Shown piece after piece: positions 19,657 through 29,626 of a stretch of 64,000 bases of DNA. The position numbers and the translations under genes were made by a program. Below the pieces are notes generated by a model that did no database searches, was not told the origin of the DNA, and was given only the letters and a program-made list of their open reading frames with translations. The stretch is from Planctomycetota bacterium (lineage in GTDB: Bacteria > Planctomycetota > UBA11346): NCBI GenBank assembly GCA_038213805.1, contig JBBQSO010000004.1, forward strand, positions 1 to 64,000, written 5' to 3'. Numbering within the stretch: the stretch's first letter is position 1; every line of letters starts with the position of its first letter.

Positions 19657-19681
19657 GTCGTAAGTTTTGCGGATATGCAAG

Positions 19682-19708
19682 AGGCCCCGGAGTAATCCGG
19701 GGCTTTTT
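19682..19708 (+). terminator. Intrinsic terminator after glnA
   Basis: GCCCCGGA-GTAA-TCCGGGGC followed by TTTTT. Confidence 0.85.
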
Positions 19709-20144
19709 CGTTCCCATCGGCCATCAGCGTGGACCCTCACGTGGCTCCTCGGAAACCGGGGGCGCGCACGGACCGGGGCATTGCGGTCGCTGCGCTTGTC
19801 CCGATGCTTCGCACAGCGCGCCCCTGCCCTCTATCGGGGGTGCGTCAGGTCGGTGTGGGCGATGTGAACGCCTGTGCCGGCCGTTTTTTTTTCTCATGCC
19901 TTTTTCTCATGCCATTGGGGCGGAGCAGCGGGCTGAAGACGACTGCAACAGGGAAGTCTCGGGTCCTGTGAGCCGCTTTGTTAGATAGGCGGCATGGGTC
20001 CGATCTTCGACCGGAATGCGGGACGACAGCTCACGGCCCCGTGCATTTTGCAGGTGATGATGGCTATCAATCACCTCCAGCAAGGACTTAGGCCATGGCA
20101 CGCGATGTACTAAGGCACCAGCGTACCCGCAGAGGAAAACTCTC

Positions 20145-20306
20145 ATGACTATCGGCCTGCTTCTCTCCATCATCTTCATGGTCCTCAAGCTCACCGGTCA
20201 CATTGACTGGAGCTGGGGCATCGTCTTCCTGCCGGCGATCATCGAGTTCGTCCTGTCGCTCGCCTTCACGCGCTCGCCCTTCTGGTGGCGCGGCCGCGTC
20301 AACTGA
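20145..20306 (+). CDS. 53-aa membrane peptide with LKLTGHIDWSW motif (not in ORF track)
   Basis: AGAGG RBS; MTIGLLLSIIFMVLKLTGHIDWSWGIVFLPAIIEFVLSLAFTRSPFWWRGRVN; GC3-rich codons. Confidence 0.75.
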   Translation: MTIGLLLSIIFMVLKLTGHIDWSWGIVFLPAIIEFVLSLAFTRSPFWWRGRVN

Positions 20307-20412
20307 CGCACCTCTCCTTGCGGTAATCGGGCTGAAAAAATGCCCCATCCGAAATGATGTCGGGTGGCCTGAGGAAAGCATGATGCATGCCGACCGCGGC
20401 TGCCCTCTCGAC

Positions 20413-21249
20413 TTAGACGCCGACCATGCCAATGCCGAATGTGGCATCCAGCCCCGTCGGTGTGGTTGTCGGTGCCAACACGAGCTGGTCGCCCCCGTCG
20501 CGGAAGATGCCATCGTCGCCGTTGCGTGTACGGCGGCGTCCCAGTGCTGCGTAGGGCGGCTGGGCATGAACGCGGTCGGTGAGTGCATCTTCGAGATAGA
20601 GCTGCGAGGTGAACTCGCGACTCGTGGGCGAGCCGAGGCCGGTGCGCACCTTGATATGGATGTGTACGGTGCGTCCACGGTACCAGCCTGGATAGATCGT
20701 GATGAAACGTACCGAGCCACGCGCGTCGCTGGTCTGGAAGCCGCGCAGGAAGCGCTGCCCGACGGTCGCGGCGTGGGGATCGTCAACGTCGGAGTAACGA
20801 CCCAGGGCGTCGCAGTGCCAGATGTCGACCATGGCACCGGCAAGCGGCGCGCACCGCGCACCGCTGACCCGTGCCAGCAGCAGCGTGAGCGTGAGCGGCA
20901 GGCCAGGACTCAGCACACCATCCACAGGATCGGAGCGGATGTCAGAGCGTTCCAGGCGTTCATCGACGAAGAACGGGCCCTCGGTCTGCGCCGGTCGCAC
21001 CAGGCAGGCGGAAGAGGCGGCCAGGGACTTCGTCGGCACGTCCTCGGTGGCTCCAGAGGGCGAGAGCGGCATCGCGAGCGCTGCGCCACCGCAGCCACTC
21101 GCCAAAATCGCCCAGCCCACACCCCACAGCGCAAGCGCCTCGCGACGGCCAAGGACTTGACCGACCGCCGCGTCACTGCCGCTCGCGAGGTGGCGTGATC
21201 CACCCTGCACTGTGCCGTGAGCGCGGTCGGGCGCGTCGTACGTGGACAT
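20413..21249 (-). CDS. Intradiol ring-cleavage dioxygenase-like protein, probable Tat substrate
   Basis: GRREALALWG twin-Arg; TEGPFF, DIWHCDALGRYS, IYPGWYRGRTVHIH iron ligands; AGGAG RBS. Confidence 0.85.
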   Translation of the reverse strand: MSTYDAPDRAHGTVQGGSRHLASGSDAAVGQVLGRREALALWGVGWAILASGCGGAALAMPLSPSGATEDVPTKSLAASSACLVRPAQTEGPFFVDERLERSDIRSDPVDGVLSPGLPLTLTLLLARVSGARCAPLAGAMVDIWHCDALGRYSDVDDPHAATVGQRFLRGFQTSDARGSVRFITIYPGWYRGRTVHIHIKVRTGLGSPTSREFTSQLYLEDALTDRVHAQPPYAALGRRRTRNGDDGIFRDGGDQLVLAPTTTPTGLDATFGIGMVGV

Positions 21250-21593
21250 GTCACTCTCCTGGCAACGAGTTGAGGCATTCTCGTCGCTCGCCAAAAATGG
21301 GAATCCCGCATGGTGCGAAGCCAGAGCGCGATGATGACTCGCCGTCAGCTGCGTCGACGCAGGTGCATGGTCACGATGGGAGGTCCTCGCGACTGGTGAA
21401 ACGGCGGATGTGGGCGCGACCTCTGACTGGTGTCAGTGCACGTGAATCCGGCGCGATTCCGCCAAAGAGTGCGCAGGATCGGGTCAATCGTCCGTCCCCG
21501 CCAGAACACCAACTGGCGTGAACTCCCGGTAAGTTGCCACGTTTGACTCCGTCAGATCCATGGTGAGATGACCTGTAGCCAGGGAGGCCAGTC

Positions 21594-21806
21594 ATGACCT
21601 ATCTCTTTGTCGGCCACGCCTCGATGAAACGCCATGCGGTGCTGCGCCACCGCGCGGCCCTGGGCTTGGAAATGGTAACCATGGACGAATGTGCTGAGGC
21701 CTGTGAACGGCTACGGAACGGGTCGCCGCACCGCCTGTTCCTGGTCGCCGATGATGCCTGCGAGGCCGATGCCGATCTGGCGATGACCTTCGCGACCGCA
21801 TCCTGA
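21594..21806 (+). CDS. Hypothetical 70-aa protein
   Basis: GGGAGG RBS 7 nt before the ATG. Confidence 0.5.
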   Translation: MTYLFVGHASMKRHAVLRHRAALGLEMVTMDECAEACERLRNGSPHRLFLVADDACEADADLAMTFATAS

Positions 21807-21962
21807 AGCATCTGCGCTCATAGATTCTGACCAGACGTGCATGCCAAGCACGATTGATCGGACAACACACGACGGCAGCCGAGGCCAGTGGTCGAGGGTG
21901 ATAGAGATCAGCCCTCGCGGGTGGCCTGAAGTCCAGTCGTGCGGTAGAATGAGACTGCAGCT

Positions 21963-22166
21963 ATGGACTCCACCTCACTCATCATGGGTGTGATCTTCGG
22001 CGCGATCGGCGTCGGCTACATCACCTACGGGCGCAAGCAGCAACGCTACGCCGCGCTGCTGGCTGGCGTTCTGCTGTGCGCCTTCACCTATGTCGTGGAT
22101 GGCGTCTGGCTGTCGATGCTCATCGGGGTGGCGCTGATGTGCCTGCCGGTCTGGTTGAAGTGGTAG
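21963..22166 (+). CDS. Small membrane protein
   Basis: GVIFGAIGVGYITYGRKQQ followed by two hydrophobic segments. Confidence 0.8.
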   Translation: MDSTSLIMGVIFGAIGVGYITYGRKQQRYAALLAGVLLCAFTYVVDGVWLSMLIGVALMCLPVWLKW

Positions 22167-22192
22167 GCCTGGGAAAGCCGGTCAGTTGCGTA

Positions 22193-22432
22193 TCAGTCCG
22201 TCGCGTCCGTCGGCAGCGTCACCCGCGCGGAGAAGCGCCCGTTGGGCGCGGCCAGATCGAGGCGACTGCCAAGCCGCCGCACCAGGAGCGAAGACCGCAA
22301 CAGGCCGAAAACGCTGTGCTCGCTGTCGAATCTCGCGCCGTCGCACCGGTATAACGGCTGGTCGTGGATGACTAGGCGGTCGCGCAGCCGGTCGATGCCC
22401 CTGATGATGAGCAGGCGCATCCCCATGGGCAT
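22193..22432 (-). CDS. Possible hypothetical protein
   Basis: Short ORF filling the gap downstream of the YkgJ-family gene; no recognised motif. Confidence 0.3.
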   Translation of the reverse strand: MPMGMRLLIIRGIDRLRDRLVIHDQPLYRCDGARFDSEHSVFGLLRSSLLVRRLGSRLDLAAPNGRFSARVTLPTDATD

Positions 22433-22563
22433 GTGGTTCTTCGGGGACCGGCCACGCTGCGGCTTCGCCGACCCCGGGTCAGCCCCGGTCAGGGCGTCAT
22501 CGGGGAATCGTCAGCCGCACCACAGTAGGCGGCGGGCATACGCGGCCCGCGCCCCCCGTGCAG

Positions 22564-23343
22564 CTATTTCCCACTCGGCCGGCAGCCAACGAACACGTCC
22601 TCGCCGCGCGCCCAGCGCGCCGAGGCATCGGGCGTGCCGAGGGCGCGCAGCAGCGCGCCGTGCAACTCATAGAAGCGGCCGTCGAGGCCTGCTGCCGCGA
22701 CTCCGGCCGCGACGCCCTGAAGGGTCGCTTGCGCGGCACGGTGGCCGACGCGGTCGATGGCCGGCGGCGGTCCGGCGGGATCGACGTACTTCTCCTGGCA
22801 GGAAGCACGCGACAGCGAGTGGTAGCCGCGGCACATCACCGGCCGCCACGCGTAGATCGCGCACTCGCCCGCGGAGCCGAGGAAGCCACAGGGCAGGCCG
22901 GCGGCGAAATACTCCGCCATGGTGGCGAAGCCGGCGATGTGCGCGCTGCGCTGCGCGAGCATGGCGAGCAATTGCTCCAGCCACGGCGCGGGGAAGGTCT
23001 CTCTCAGCACGTCCGCGAGCGCCAGGGCCTCGGCCGGGGTGACGCTGACCTGCTGGTGGCAGCAGAAGCTGCAGCCGCGCGCGCACTCGTGCAGCGGCCG
23101 CGCCGGGCTAAGCGCGGCCACCTCGTCGACCAGCCGCCAGGCATCGGCCGCGACATGCTCTGCGAGCCTTGCGCTGGCGCCCTGCACCAGGGTGTTGGCG
23201 ATCACCGCGGCGGTATTCAGCGCCTGCTGGCTCTTCGTGCGCGCGAACAGCTCGCGCAGGGCGGCGTCGAGGTCGCGCGGTGGCGCCGCTTCCGCAGCCA
23301 GGCTGGGCAGGTCATCATCGGCCTGGGCATGGTCGCTGGGCAT
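22564..23343 (-). CDS. YkgJ-family CxxGCxxCC cysteine cluster protein
   Basis: CARGCSFCC, CGFL...CAIYAWRPVMCRGYHS. Confidence 0.85.
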   Translation of the reverse strand: MPSDHAQADDDLPSLAAEAAPPRDLDAALRELFARTKSQQALNTAAVIANTLVQGASARLAEHVAADAWRLVDEVAALSPARPLHECARGCSFCCHQQVSVTPAEALALADVLRETFPAPWLEQLLAMLAQRSAHIAGFATMAEYFAAGLPCGFLGSAGECAIYAWRPVMCRGYHSLSRASCQEKYVDPAGPPPAIDRVGHRAAQATLQGVAAGVAAAGLDGRFYELHGALLRALGTPDASARWARGEDVFVGCRPSGK

Positions 23344-23538
23344 GCGGGTGCATAGCGGCGCGCCGGGGGAAAGCATCGGCGGATCGTTTGGAGGCGGCGC
23401 GAGACACCGGACTTCGAACCCGAAAATCGAGGCCTGGGAGTACCGGGAGGGTCACAGGGGGGTGGGGTCGCCGCTGTTGAGTGCCAAGCGGGTGTTGGGC
23501 TATTGGAGTTCGGCCGCCGTTCCTACCCTGCAGGCGAT

Positions 23539-24261
23539 ATGACCGCAGCCGCCCTCGTCTCAGCCGCCCGCGCGCTTTCCAAGGACCTCGCCAAACTGCG
23601 CTTCGCAGCACCGGTGGATTATGTCTACGATCCGCTCATCTACGCCTGGGACGTCCATGCGGCCTACCTGCGCAAATTTGGCGAGGGAAAGAAGAAGGTG
23701 GTGCTGCTGGGCATGAATCCCGGGCCCTTCGGCATGGCCCAGACCGGGGTGCCCTTCGGCGAGATCGCCATGGTGCGTGACTGGCTCGGCATTTCCGGAG
23801 TGGTCGGCAAGCCCGAACGTGAGCATCCCCAGCGCCCGATCGAGGGCTTCGCATGTCCGCGCAGTGAGGTCAGCGGCAAACGCCTGTGGGGCCTGTTCAA
23901 GACGCGCTTCCCGTCTGCCGAGGCCTTCGCCGTCGACCACTTCGTCGCCAACTATTGTCCTTTGGTGTTCATGGAGGAGAGCGGCAAGAACTTCACCCCT
24001 GACCAGCTGCCGGCGGACGAACGCGGCGCGGTCGAGGCGCTCTGCGATCGCCACCTGCGCAAGCTGGTCGAGGCGCTCGGCCCCGTGTGGGTGGTCGGTA
24101 TCGGCGGTTTCGCGGTGAAACGCGCAGAGGCCGCCCTTGCCGGCCTGTCCGTGCGCATCGCCCAGGTCCCGCACCCCAGCCCCGCCAACCCGGCCGCCAA
24201 TCGCGATTGGGCCGGAGCCGCCACCCGCGCCCTGCTCGAGCAGGGGGTGTGGAGCGCTTGA
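23539..24261 (+). CDS. SMUG1-type (family 3) uracil-DNA glycosylase
   Basis: GMNPGPFGMAQTGVPFG, RSEVSG, NYCPL, HPSPAN. Confidence 0.93.
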   Translation: MTAAALVSAARALSKDLAKLRFAAPVDYVYDPLIYAWDVHAAYLRKFGEGKKKVVLLGMNPGPFGMAQTGVPFGEIAMVRDWLGISGVVGKPEREHPQRPIEGFACPRSEVSGKRLWGLFKTRFPSAEAFAVDHFVANYCPLVFMEESGKNFTPDQLPADERGAVEALCDRHLRKLVEALGPVWVVGIGGFAVKRAEAALAGLSVRIAQVPHPSPANPAANRDWAGAATRALLEQGVWSA

Positions 24262-24389
24262 GCGACGCTTCGTGCGTGCTGCCGCAGCGGACCTCAGGCA
24301 CCGCAGGTGGCGGCTCCTCCGCCAAGGCCATCCTGTTACCTTAGGTCTTTTACTGTATCAGGTTTGCGTCCACGCGCGCCAAAAAGATC

Positions 24390-24416
24390 TTGCGCTCTGG
24401 ACGATCGCCATATCCT
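24390..24416 (+). promoter_or_regulatory. Candidate S10 operon promoter (15-bp spacer)
   Basis: TTGCGC-N15-TATCCT preceded by an A-rich tract. Confidence 0.5.
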
Positions 24417-24617
24417 GCGCCTCCCCACCCACGTACGGGCCCGGTTTTGCCGGTTCTGGACCTCTGGGGGCTGTGCGCTGGAGTCAAGCCCATCCAGCGC
24501 ACGCGGTGTATCCGCCTCCCGCACGCAGCGATGCGTACGGTCGCGGAAACACCAAAGTTCCAGGGCCAACCGCAGTACCTCGTGCTGGCTCCGATGCCGT
24601 CGGAGTGGGAGTAGATT

Positions 24618-24932
24618 GTGAAAGAAAAGATCAAGATCCGTCTTGAGGCGTATGACCACCGCATCCTGGACAAGGCTGCGCAGGACATCGTCGAGACCGC
24701 CAAGCGCACAGGTGCGAAGGTCGCCGGGCCCATCCCGATGCCGACCCACATCGAGCGCTTCACCGTCCAGCGTAGTCCGCACATCGACAAGAAGTCGCGT
24801 GAGCAGTTCGAGCTCCGCACCCACGCCCGGGTCATCGAGATCATCGAGCCCACGGCCAAGACCAACGATGTGTTCTCGAAGGTCGACGTCCCCGCCGGCG
24901 TCGACATCACCATCAAGCAGACGGTGAGGTAA
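24618..24932 (+). CDS. rpsJ: 30S ribosomal protein S10
   Basis: [33 protein letters not shown] start. Confidence 0.98.
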   Translation: MKEKIKIRLEAYDHRILDKAAQDIVETAKRTGAKVAGPIPMPTHIERFTVQRSPHIDKKSREQFELRTHARVIEIIEPTAKTNDVFSKVDVPAGVDITIKQTVR

Positions 24933-24935
24933 CCC

Positions 24936-25544
24936 ATGGGCGTCGCCATTTACGGAACCAAGGTCGGTATGACCCGCGTCTTCGCGGGTGATGTCGCCGT
25001 CGCCGTCACCGTCATCGAGGTCCTCCCCAACGAGGTCATCGAGGTCAAGGATACCGACAAGCACGGCTACGCCGCGCTCAAGGTCGCGGTCGGCCCCAAG
25101 AAGCGCGTGCTGACCAAGGCGCTCGCCGGCGAGTTCAAGAAGGCCGATGTGGCCCCGCGCCGCTTCCTGCGCGAAATCCCGGTGACCGGCGAGGCCAAGG
25201 CCGGCGCCAAGGTCACCGTCGCCGCGCTCGACCTCAAGCGCGACTGCGACATCACCGGCCAGACCAAGGGCTGCGGCTTCACCGGTGTGGTCAAGCGCCA
25301 CAACTTCGGCGGCCACAAGATGACGCACGGCGCCATGGGCCATCGCACCCCCGGCTCGATCGGCTGCCGCATGGATCCGGGCCGCGTGTTCAAGAACAAG
25401 CGCATGGCCGGCCATTACGGCGACGAGCAGATCACCGTCAAGAACCTCCAGATCATCAGCATCGATACCGAGAGCAACCTGGTGGTTGTCAAGGGTGCGA
25501 TCCCCGGTCCGAATGGCGGCCTGGTCGCCATCAAGCAGCGTTGA
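24936..25544 (+). CDS. rplC: 50S ribosomal protein L3
   Basis: GTKVGMT, KRHNF, HRTPGSIG, PGRVFK. Confidence 0.98.
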   Translation: MGVAIYGTKVGMTRVFAGDVAVAVTVIEVLPNEVIEVKDTDKHGYAALKVAVGPKKRVLTKALAGEFKKADVAPRRFLREIPVTGEAKAGAKVTVAALDLKRDCDITGQTKGCGFTGVVKRHNFGGHKMTHGAMGHRTPGSIGCRMDPGRVFKNKRMAGHYGDEQITVKNLQIISIDTESNLVVVKGAIPGPNGGLVAIKQR

Positions 25545-25566
25545 GCCAGGGAACCAGGGAAACGCC

Positions 25567-26223
25567 ATGACTGAAATCACCATCTACAACGCCGAGGGCG
25601 CCGCCACCGGCACGCTCGAGCTCGATCCCCTCCTGCTCGACAAGGCGGTCCGCCGCGGCCTGCTGAAGGAGGCGCTCATCGCGCACCTCGCGAGCCTGCG
25701 CCAGGGCACGCATAAGACCAAGAAGCGCGGCGAAGTCGCCGGCGGCGGCAAGAAGCCGTGGAAGCAGAAGGGCACCGGTCGCGCCCGCCAGGGTTCGACG
25801 CGCAGCCCCCAGTGGGTCGGCGGCGGTCACGCCAAGAATGTGACCCCGCGCGACTACAGCGTCCAGCTGCCCGCGCAGCAGCGCCGCATCGCGCTGATGT
25901 CCAGCGTGCGCTACCGCCTCGAAAAGGGCGGCGTACTCGCGGTCGAAGGCCTCGACAGCATGGCCGCCCCCAGCACCAAGAAGGTCGCCGGCTTCATCGC
26001 CAAGATCGGCCTGACCGGCAAGAGCGCGATCATGGTCAGCGAAGGCAACCAGACCAACCTGCACCTGAGCGCGCGCAACCTCGACCGCCTGGTGGTCTCG
26101 GAGCGCCGCAACCTGAACGCCGGCTCGGTGCTCCGCCACTCGCGCCTGATCTTCACCAAGGCCTCGCTCGACGCCCTGGTGAGCGAGCTCAAGGCGGCCA
26201 AGCAGAACAAGGCCAGCGCATGA
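25567..26223 (+). CDS. rplD: 50S ribosomal protein L4
   Basis: KKPWKQKGTGRARQGS. Confidence 0.98.
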   Translation: MTEITIYNAEGAATGTLELDPLLLDKAVRRGLLKEALIAHLASLRQGTHKTKKRGEVAGGGKKPWKQKGTGRARQGSTRSPQWVGGGHAKNVTPRDYSVQLPAQQRRIALMSSVRYRLEKGGVLAVEGLDSMAAPSTKKVAGFIAKIGLTGKSAIMVSEGNQTNLHLSARNLDRLVVSERRNLNAGSVLRHSRLIFTKASLDALVSELKAAKQNKASA

Positions 26224-26504
26224 ACCCCTACGACATCATCCGCAAGCCGCGCATCTCCGAGAAGACCGTCCACCTGCAGAACAAGTTCGGCCAGTACACC
26301 TTCGAGGTGCACCCGTCCGCGAACAAGACGCAGATCAAGGAAGCCATCAAGTCCCTCTGGAAGGTGGACGTGCTGGCGGTCAACACCCAGAACTACGACG
26401 GCAAGCCGCGCCGCATGCGCAACAACAAGCAGCCCGGCGTGACCGCCAGCTGGAAGAAGGCCATCGTGCGCCTCGCCGACGGCCAGAAGATCGAGGGGAT
26501 CTGA
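26220..26504 (+). CDS. rplW: 50S ribosomal protein L23
   Basis: PRISEK, YTFEV, WKKAIV; ATGA overlap with rplD. Confidence 0.97.
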   Translation: MNPYDIIRKPRISEKTVHLQNKFGQYTFEVHPSANKTQIKEAIKSLWKVDVLAVNTQNYDGKPRRMRNNKQPGVTASWKKAIVRLADGQKIEGI

Positions 26505-26505
26505 C

Positions 26506-27354
26506 ATGGGTTTCCGCAAACTGCACAGCGCCAGCGCCGGTGCGCGTCACGCGACCATCCCGGACTTCGCCGAGATCACCAAGGGCAAGCCCGAGAAGAG
26601 TCTCTGCGTCAAGCTCAAGTACCACGCGGGCCGCAACAACAACGGCCGCATCACGGTCCGCCACAAGGGCGGCCGTCATCCGCGCCAGTACCGCATGATC
26701 GACTTCAAGCGCGAGTACATTGACATCCCCGGCGTCATCGCGGCGATCGAGTACGATCCCAACCGCAACTGCCGCATCGCGCTGGTGCAGTACAACAACG
26801 GCGCCAAGGGCTACATCCTGGCCGCCAAGGATCTGGCGGTCGGCGCCAAGATCCAGAGCTTCAGCGCCGCGGGCGAGCCGGACATCGGCAACGCCATGCA
26901 GCTCAAGCACATCCCCCAAGGCCTCAACGTCCACAACGTCGAGCTCCAGCCCGGCAAGGGCGGCCAGCTTGCGCGCTCGGCCGGCAACTTCGCCCGCCTG
27001 ATGGCGATCGATGGCGACTACGCGATCATCGCGCTGCCCTCGGGCGAGCTGCGTCGCGTCATCGCCACCGCCCGCGCCACCATCGGCGAGGTCGGCAATG
27101 CCGACGCCAATGTGCGCAACATCGGCAAGGCCGGCCGCAACCGCTGGAAGGGTGTCCGCCCGACCGTTCGCGGCAACGCCATGAACCCGATCTCGCATCC
27201 GCTGGGTGGTGGTGAAGGCCACACCAACGGCGGCCGCCAGCACTGCACGCCGTGGGGCGTGGTCGAGGGCACCAAGACCCGCTCGAAGAAGAACCGTAAC
27301 AACGTGTTCATCATCCGTCGGCGTGACGGCAAGACCTTTACGCCCGCCAAATAG
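26506..27354 (+). CDS. rplB: 50S ribosomal protein L2
   Basis: GRNNNGRITVRH, EYDPNR, AMNPISHPLGGGEG. Confidence 0.98.
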   Translation: MGFRKLHSASAGARHATIPDFAEITKGKPEKSLCVKLKYHAGRNNNGRITVRHKGGRHPRQYRMIDFKREYIDIPGVIAAIEYDPNRNCRIALVQYNNGAKGYILAAKDLAVGAKIQSFSAAGEPDIGNAMQLKHIPQGLNVHNVELQPGKGGQLARSAGNFARLMAIDGDYAIIALPSGELRRVIATARATIGEVGNADANVRNIGKAGRNRWKGVRPTVRGNAMNPISHPLGGGEGHTNGGRQHCTPWGVVEGTKTRSKKNRNNVFIIRRRDGKTFTPAK

Positions 27355-27363
27355 GACTGACCC

Positions 27364-27642
27364 ATGAGCCGTAGTTCCCGCAAGGGCCCGTATCTGGACA
27401 TCAAGCTCCTCGGCAAGATCGAGAAGCAGAAGCAGTCCGGCGCCCGTCAGCCGATCAAGACCTGGGCCCGTGCCTGCACGGTGGTCCCCGACTTCATCGG
27501 CCACACCTTCTCGGTCCACAACGGGAAGTCGTTCGTCCAGGTGTTCATCACCGACAACATGGTCGGCCACAAGCTCGGCGAATTCGCCGTGACCCGCACG
27601 TTCCGCGGCCACGGTGGCGAGAAGAAGGCGAAGGAGGCTTGA
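27364..27642 (+). CDS. rpsS: 30S ribosomal protein S19
   Basis: [14 protein letters not shown]. Confidence 0.98.
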   Translation: MSRSSRKGPYLDIKLLGKIEKQKQSGARQPIKTWARACTVVPDFIGHTFSVHNGKSFVQVFITDNMVGHKLGEFAVTRTFRGHGGEKKAKEA

Positions 27643-27644
27643 TC

Positions 27645-27983
27645 ATGGCTCTCGAATTCACCGCCCTGCAGCGCAACGCGCGCATCAGCCCCACCAAGGT
27701 CCGCCTCTCGGCGGCCCTGATCCGCGGCAAGCGCGTCGAAGACGCCCTCAACCTCCTGCGCTTCCAGCCCCGCCGCGGCTCGGTGGTGGTGCGCAAGGTC
27801 CTCGAGAGCGCGGTGGCCAACGCCGCCGCCGTCGGAGGCCTCGACCCGATGGACCTGACGGTGACCGACGCCCGCGTCGACATCGGCTTCACCATCCGCC
27901 GCTTCCGTCCGGCCTCGCGCGGTCGCGCCGCCGGCCGCAACAAGAAGTGCAGCCACGTCACCATCGCCGTCGGCAAGGTCTGA
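27645..27983 (+). CDS. rplV: 50S ribosomal protein L22
   Basis: RISPTKVR, SAVANA, RPASRGRA. Confidence 0.97.
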   Translation: MALEFTALQRNARISPTKVRLSAALIRGKRVEDALNLLRFQPRRGSVVVRKVLESAVANAAAVGGLDPMDLTVTDARVDIGFTIRRFRPASRGRAAGRNKKCSHVTIAVGKV

Positions 27984-27990
27984 GGAACTC

Positions 27991-28638
27991 ATGGGACACA
28001 AGATCAATCCCCTCGGCTTCCGCATCGGCATCACCGAGGCCCACCGCTCGACCTGGTACGCCAAGGGCCGCAAGTACAGCAACCTGGTCATCCAGGACTA
28101 TAAGATCCGTGAGTACCTCAAGGGCCGCTTCGCCTCCGCCGCGATCGAGAAGATCCTGGTCGAACGCAAGGCCGACCGCATGACCATCACCCTGCACGCC
28201 GGCCGCCCGGGTGTGATCATCGGCAAGCGCGGCGCCGAGATCGAGTCGCTGACCAAGGTTCTGGAAGGCATCGCCGGCCAGAGCGTCAAGGTCAACATCC
28301 AGGAAGTCCGCAAGCCCGACGTCTGCGCCCAGCTGGTCGCGGAGAACGTCGCCGAGCAGCTCGTCCGCCGTGGTTCCTTCCGCCGCGCCATGAAGCGCGC
28401 GGTCGAGAACGCCATGCGCGAAGGCGCCAAGGGCTGCAACGTCAAGATCTCCGGCCGCCTTGGTGGCGCCGAGATCGCCCGCGTCGAGAACGACATGCAG
28501 GGTTCGGTCCCCCTCAACAGCCTGAACACCAAGGTCGACTACGGCTACGCCGTGGCCAAGACCGGTTACGGCGTTATCGGCGTGCGCGTGTGGATCAACC
28601 ACGGCCGCTACAATGACCTGAAGAAGCAGGAAGGCTAA
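27991..28638 (+). CDS. rpsC: 30S ribosomal protein S3
   Basis: MGHKINPLGFRIG, RPGVIIGKRG, SGRLGGAEIAR. Confidence 0.98.
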   Translation: MGHKINPLGFRIGITEAHRSTWYAKGRKYSNLVIQDYKIREYLKGRFASAAIEKILVERKADRMTITLHAGRPGVIIGKRGAEIESLTKVLEGIAGQSVKVNIQEVRKPDVCAQLVAENVAEQLVRRGSFRRAMKRAVENAMREGAKGCNVKISGRLGGAEIARVENDMQGSVPLNSLNTKVDYGYAVAKTGYGVIGVRVWINHGRYNDLKKQEG

Positions 28639-28643
28639 GTACC

Positions 28644-29069
28644 ATGCCGCTGATCCCAGCCCGCACCAAGTACCGCAAGCCGCACACCCGCGGTTCGCGC
28701 ATGAACCACACCGCGACGCGCGGCAACAACCTCGCATTCGGCGACTTCGGCATCCAGGTGCTGCAGAGCGGTTGCATCACTGCGCGCCAGATTGAGGCCG
28801 CCCGCGTCGCCGCCGGCCATTATCTGGGTCGCGTCGGCAAGATGTGGCTGCGCATCTTCCCGCATACGCCAGTGACCAAGCACCCGGCCGAGAGCCGCAT
28901 GGGCTCGGGCAAGGGCGAGGTCGAATACTGGATGACCCACGTCGACGCCGGTACCGTCATCTTCGAATTCGCCGGCATCACGCCCGAGCAGGCGCGCGAG
29001 ACCCTGCGCCGCCAGGCCTTCAAGCTGCCGCTGCGCTCGCGCATGATCACCCGCGACGCCAACGCCTGA
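28644..29069 (+). CDS. rplP: 50S ribosomal protein L16
   Basis: RQIEAAR, RMGSGKG. Confidence 0.98.
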   Translation: MPLIPARTKYRKPHTRGSRMNHTATRGNNLAFGDFGIQVLQSGCITARQIEAARVAAGHYLGRVGKMWLRIFPHTPVTKHPAESRMGSGKGEVEYWMTHVDAGTVIFEFAGITPEQARETLRRQAFKLPLRSRMITRDANA

Positions 29070-29080
29070 ACGAGAGCACC

Positions 29081-29284
29081 ATGAAGAAGTCCGCCAAATC
29101 CGCGCTGCGCGAGAAGAACGTCGAGGCCCTCCGGGCGCTCGCCAATGAGGGTCGCGAGACCCTGTTCAAGGGCCGCATGGCCGCCGCCACCCAGGGCAAG
29201 GGCCTCGGCATCAAGCAGCGCTCGGTGCGCCGCCAGATCGCCCGTATCGAGACCCTCCTGACCGAGAAGGCGAAGGCCAAGTAA
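29081..29284 (+). CDS. rpmC: 50S ribosomal protein L29
   Basis: Position between rplP and rps[11 protein letters not shown]. Confidence 0.93.
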   Translation: MKKSAKSALREKNVEALRALANEGRETLFKGRMAAATQGKGLGIKQRSVRRQIARIETLLTEKAKAK

Positions 29285-29577
29285 TGAGCACCGCGACCAG
29301 CACCCCCGCCTCCGCCTCCACCAGCGCCCGCGGCGACCGCAAGCGCGTGATCGGCGTCGTCGTGTCGGACAAGATGACCAAGACCCGCGTGGTCGCCGTC
29401 ACCGAGTTCTACCAGCACCCGCTCTACGGCAAGTTCCTCAAGCGCACCCAGAAGTTCCACGCCCACGACGAGAAGAATGAGGCGAAGGCCGGCGACAAGG
29501 TGCTCATCATCGAAACCCGCCCGCTCTCCAAGACCAAGCGCTGGCGCCTGCTGCAGGTGCTCGAGAAGGCCGTCTGA
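29284..29577 (+). CDS. rpsQ: 30S ribosomal protein S17
   Basis: [25 protein letters not shown]. Confidence 0.98.
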   Translation: MSTATSTPASASTSARGDRKRVIGVVVSDKMTKTRVVAVTEFYQHPLYGKFLKRTQKFHAHDEKNEAKAGDKVLIIETRPLSKTKRWRLLQVLEKAV

Positions 29578-29626
29578 GCAGACCGGCCGTCCAGTCCCCG
29601 ATCCCATCCCTCCCGAGAGTGATCCC

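Noticed and set aside
20203..21198. 331-aa + strand ORF
   Set aside because: Opposite the dioxygenase-like gene, which carries the conserved motifs and RBS
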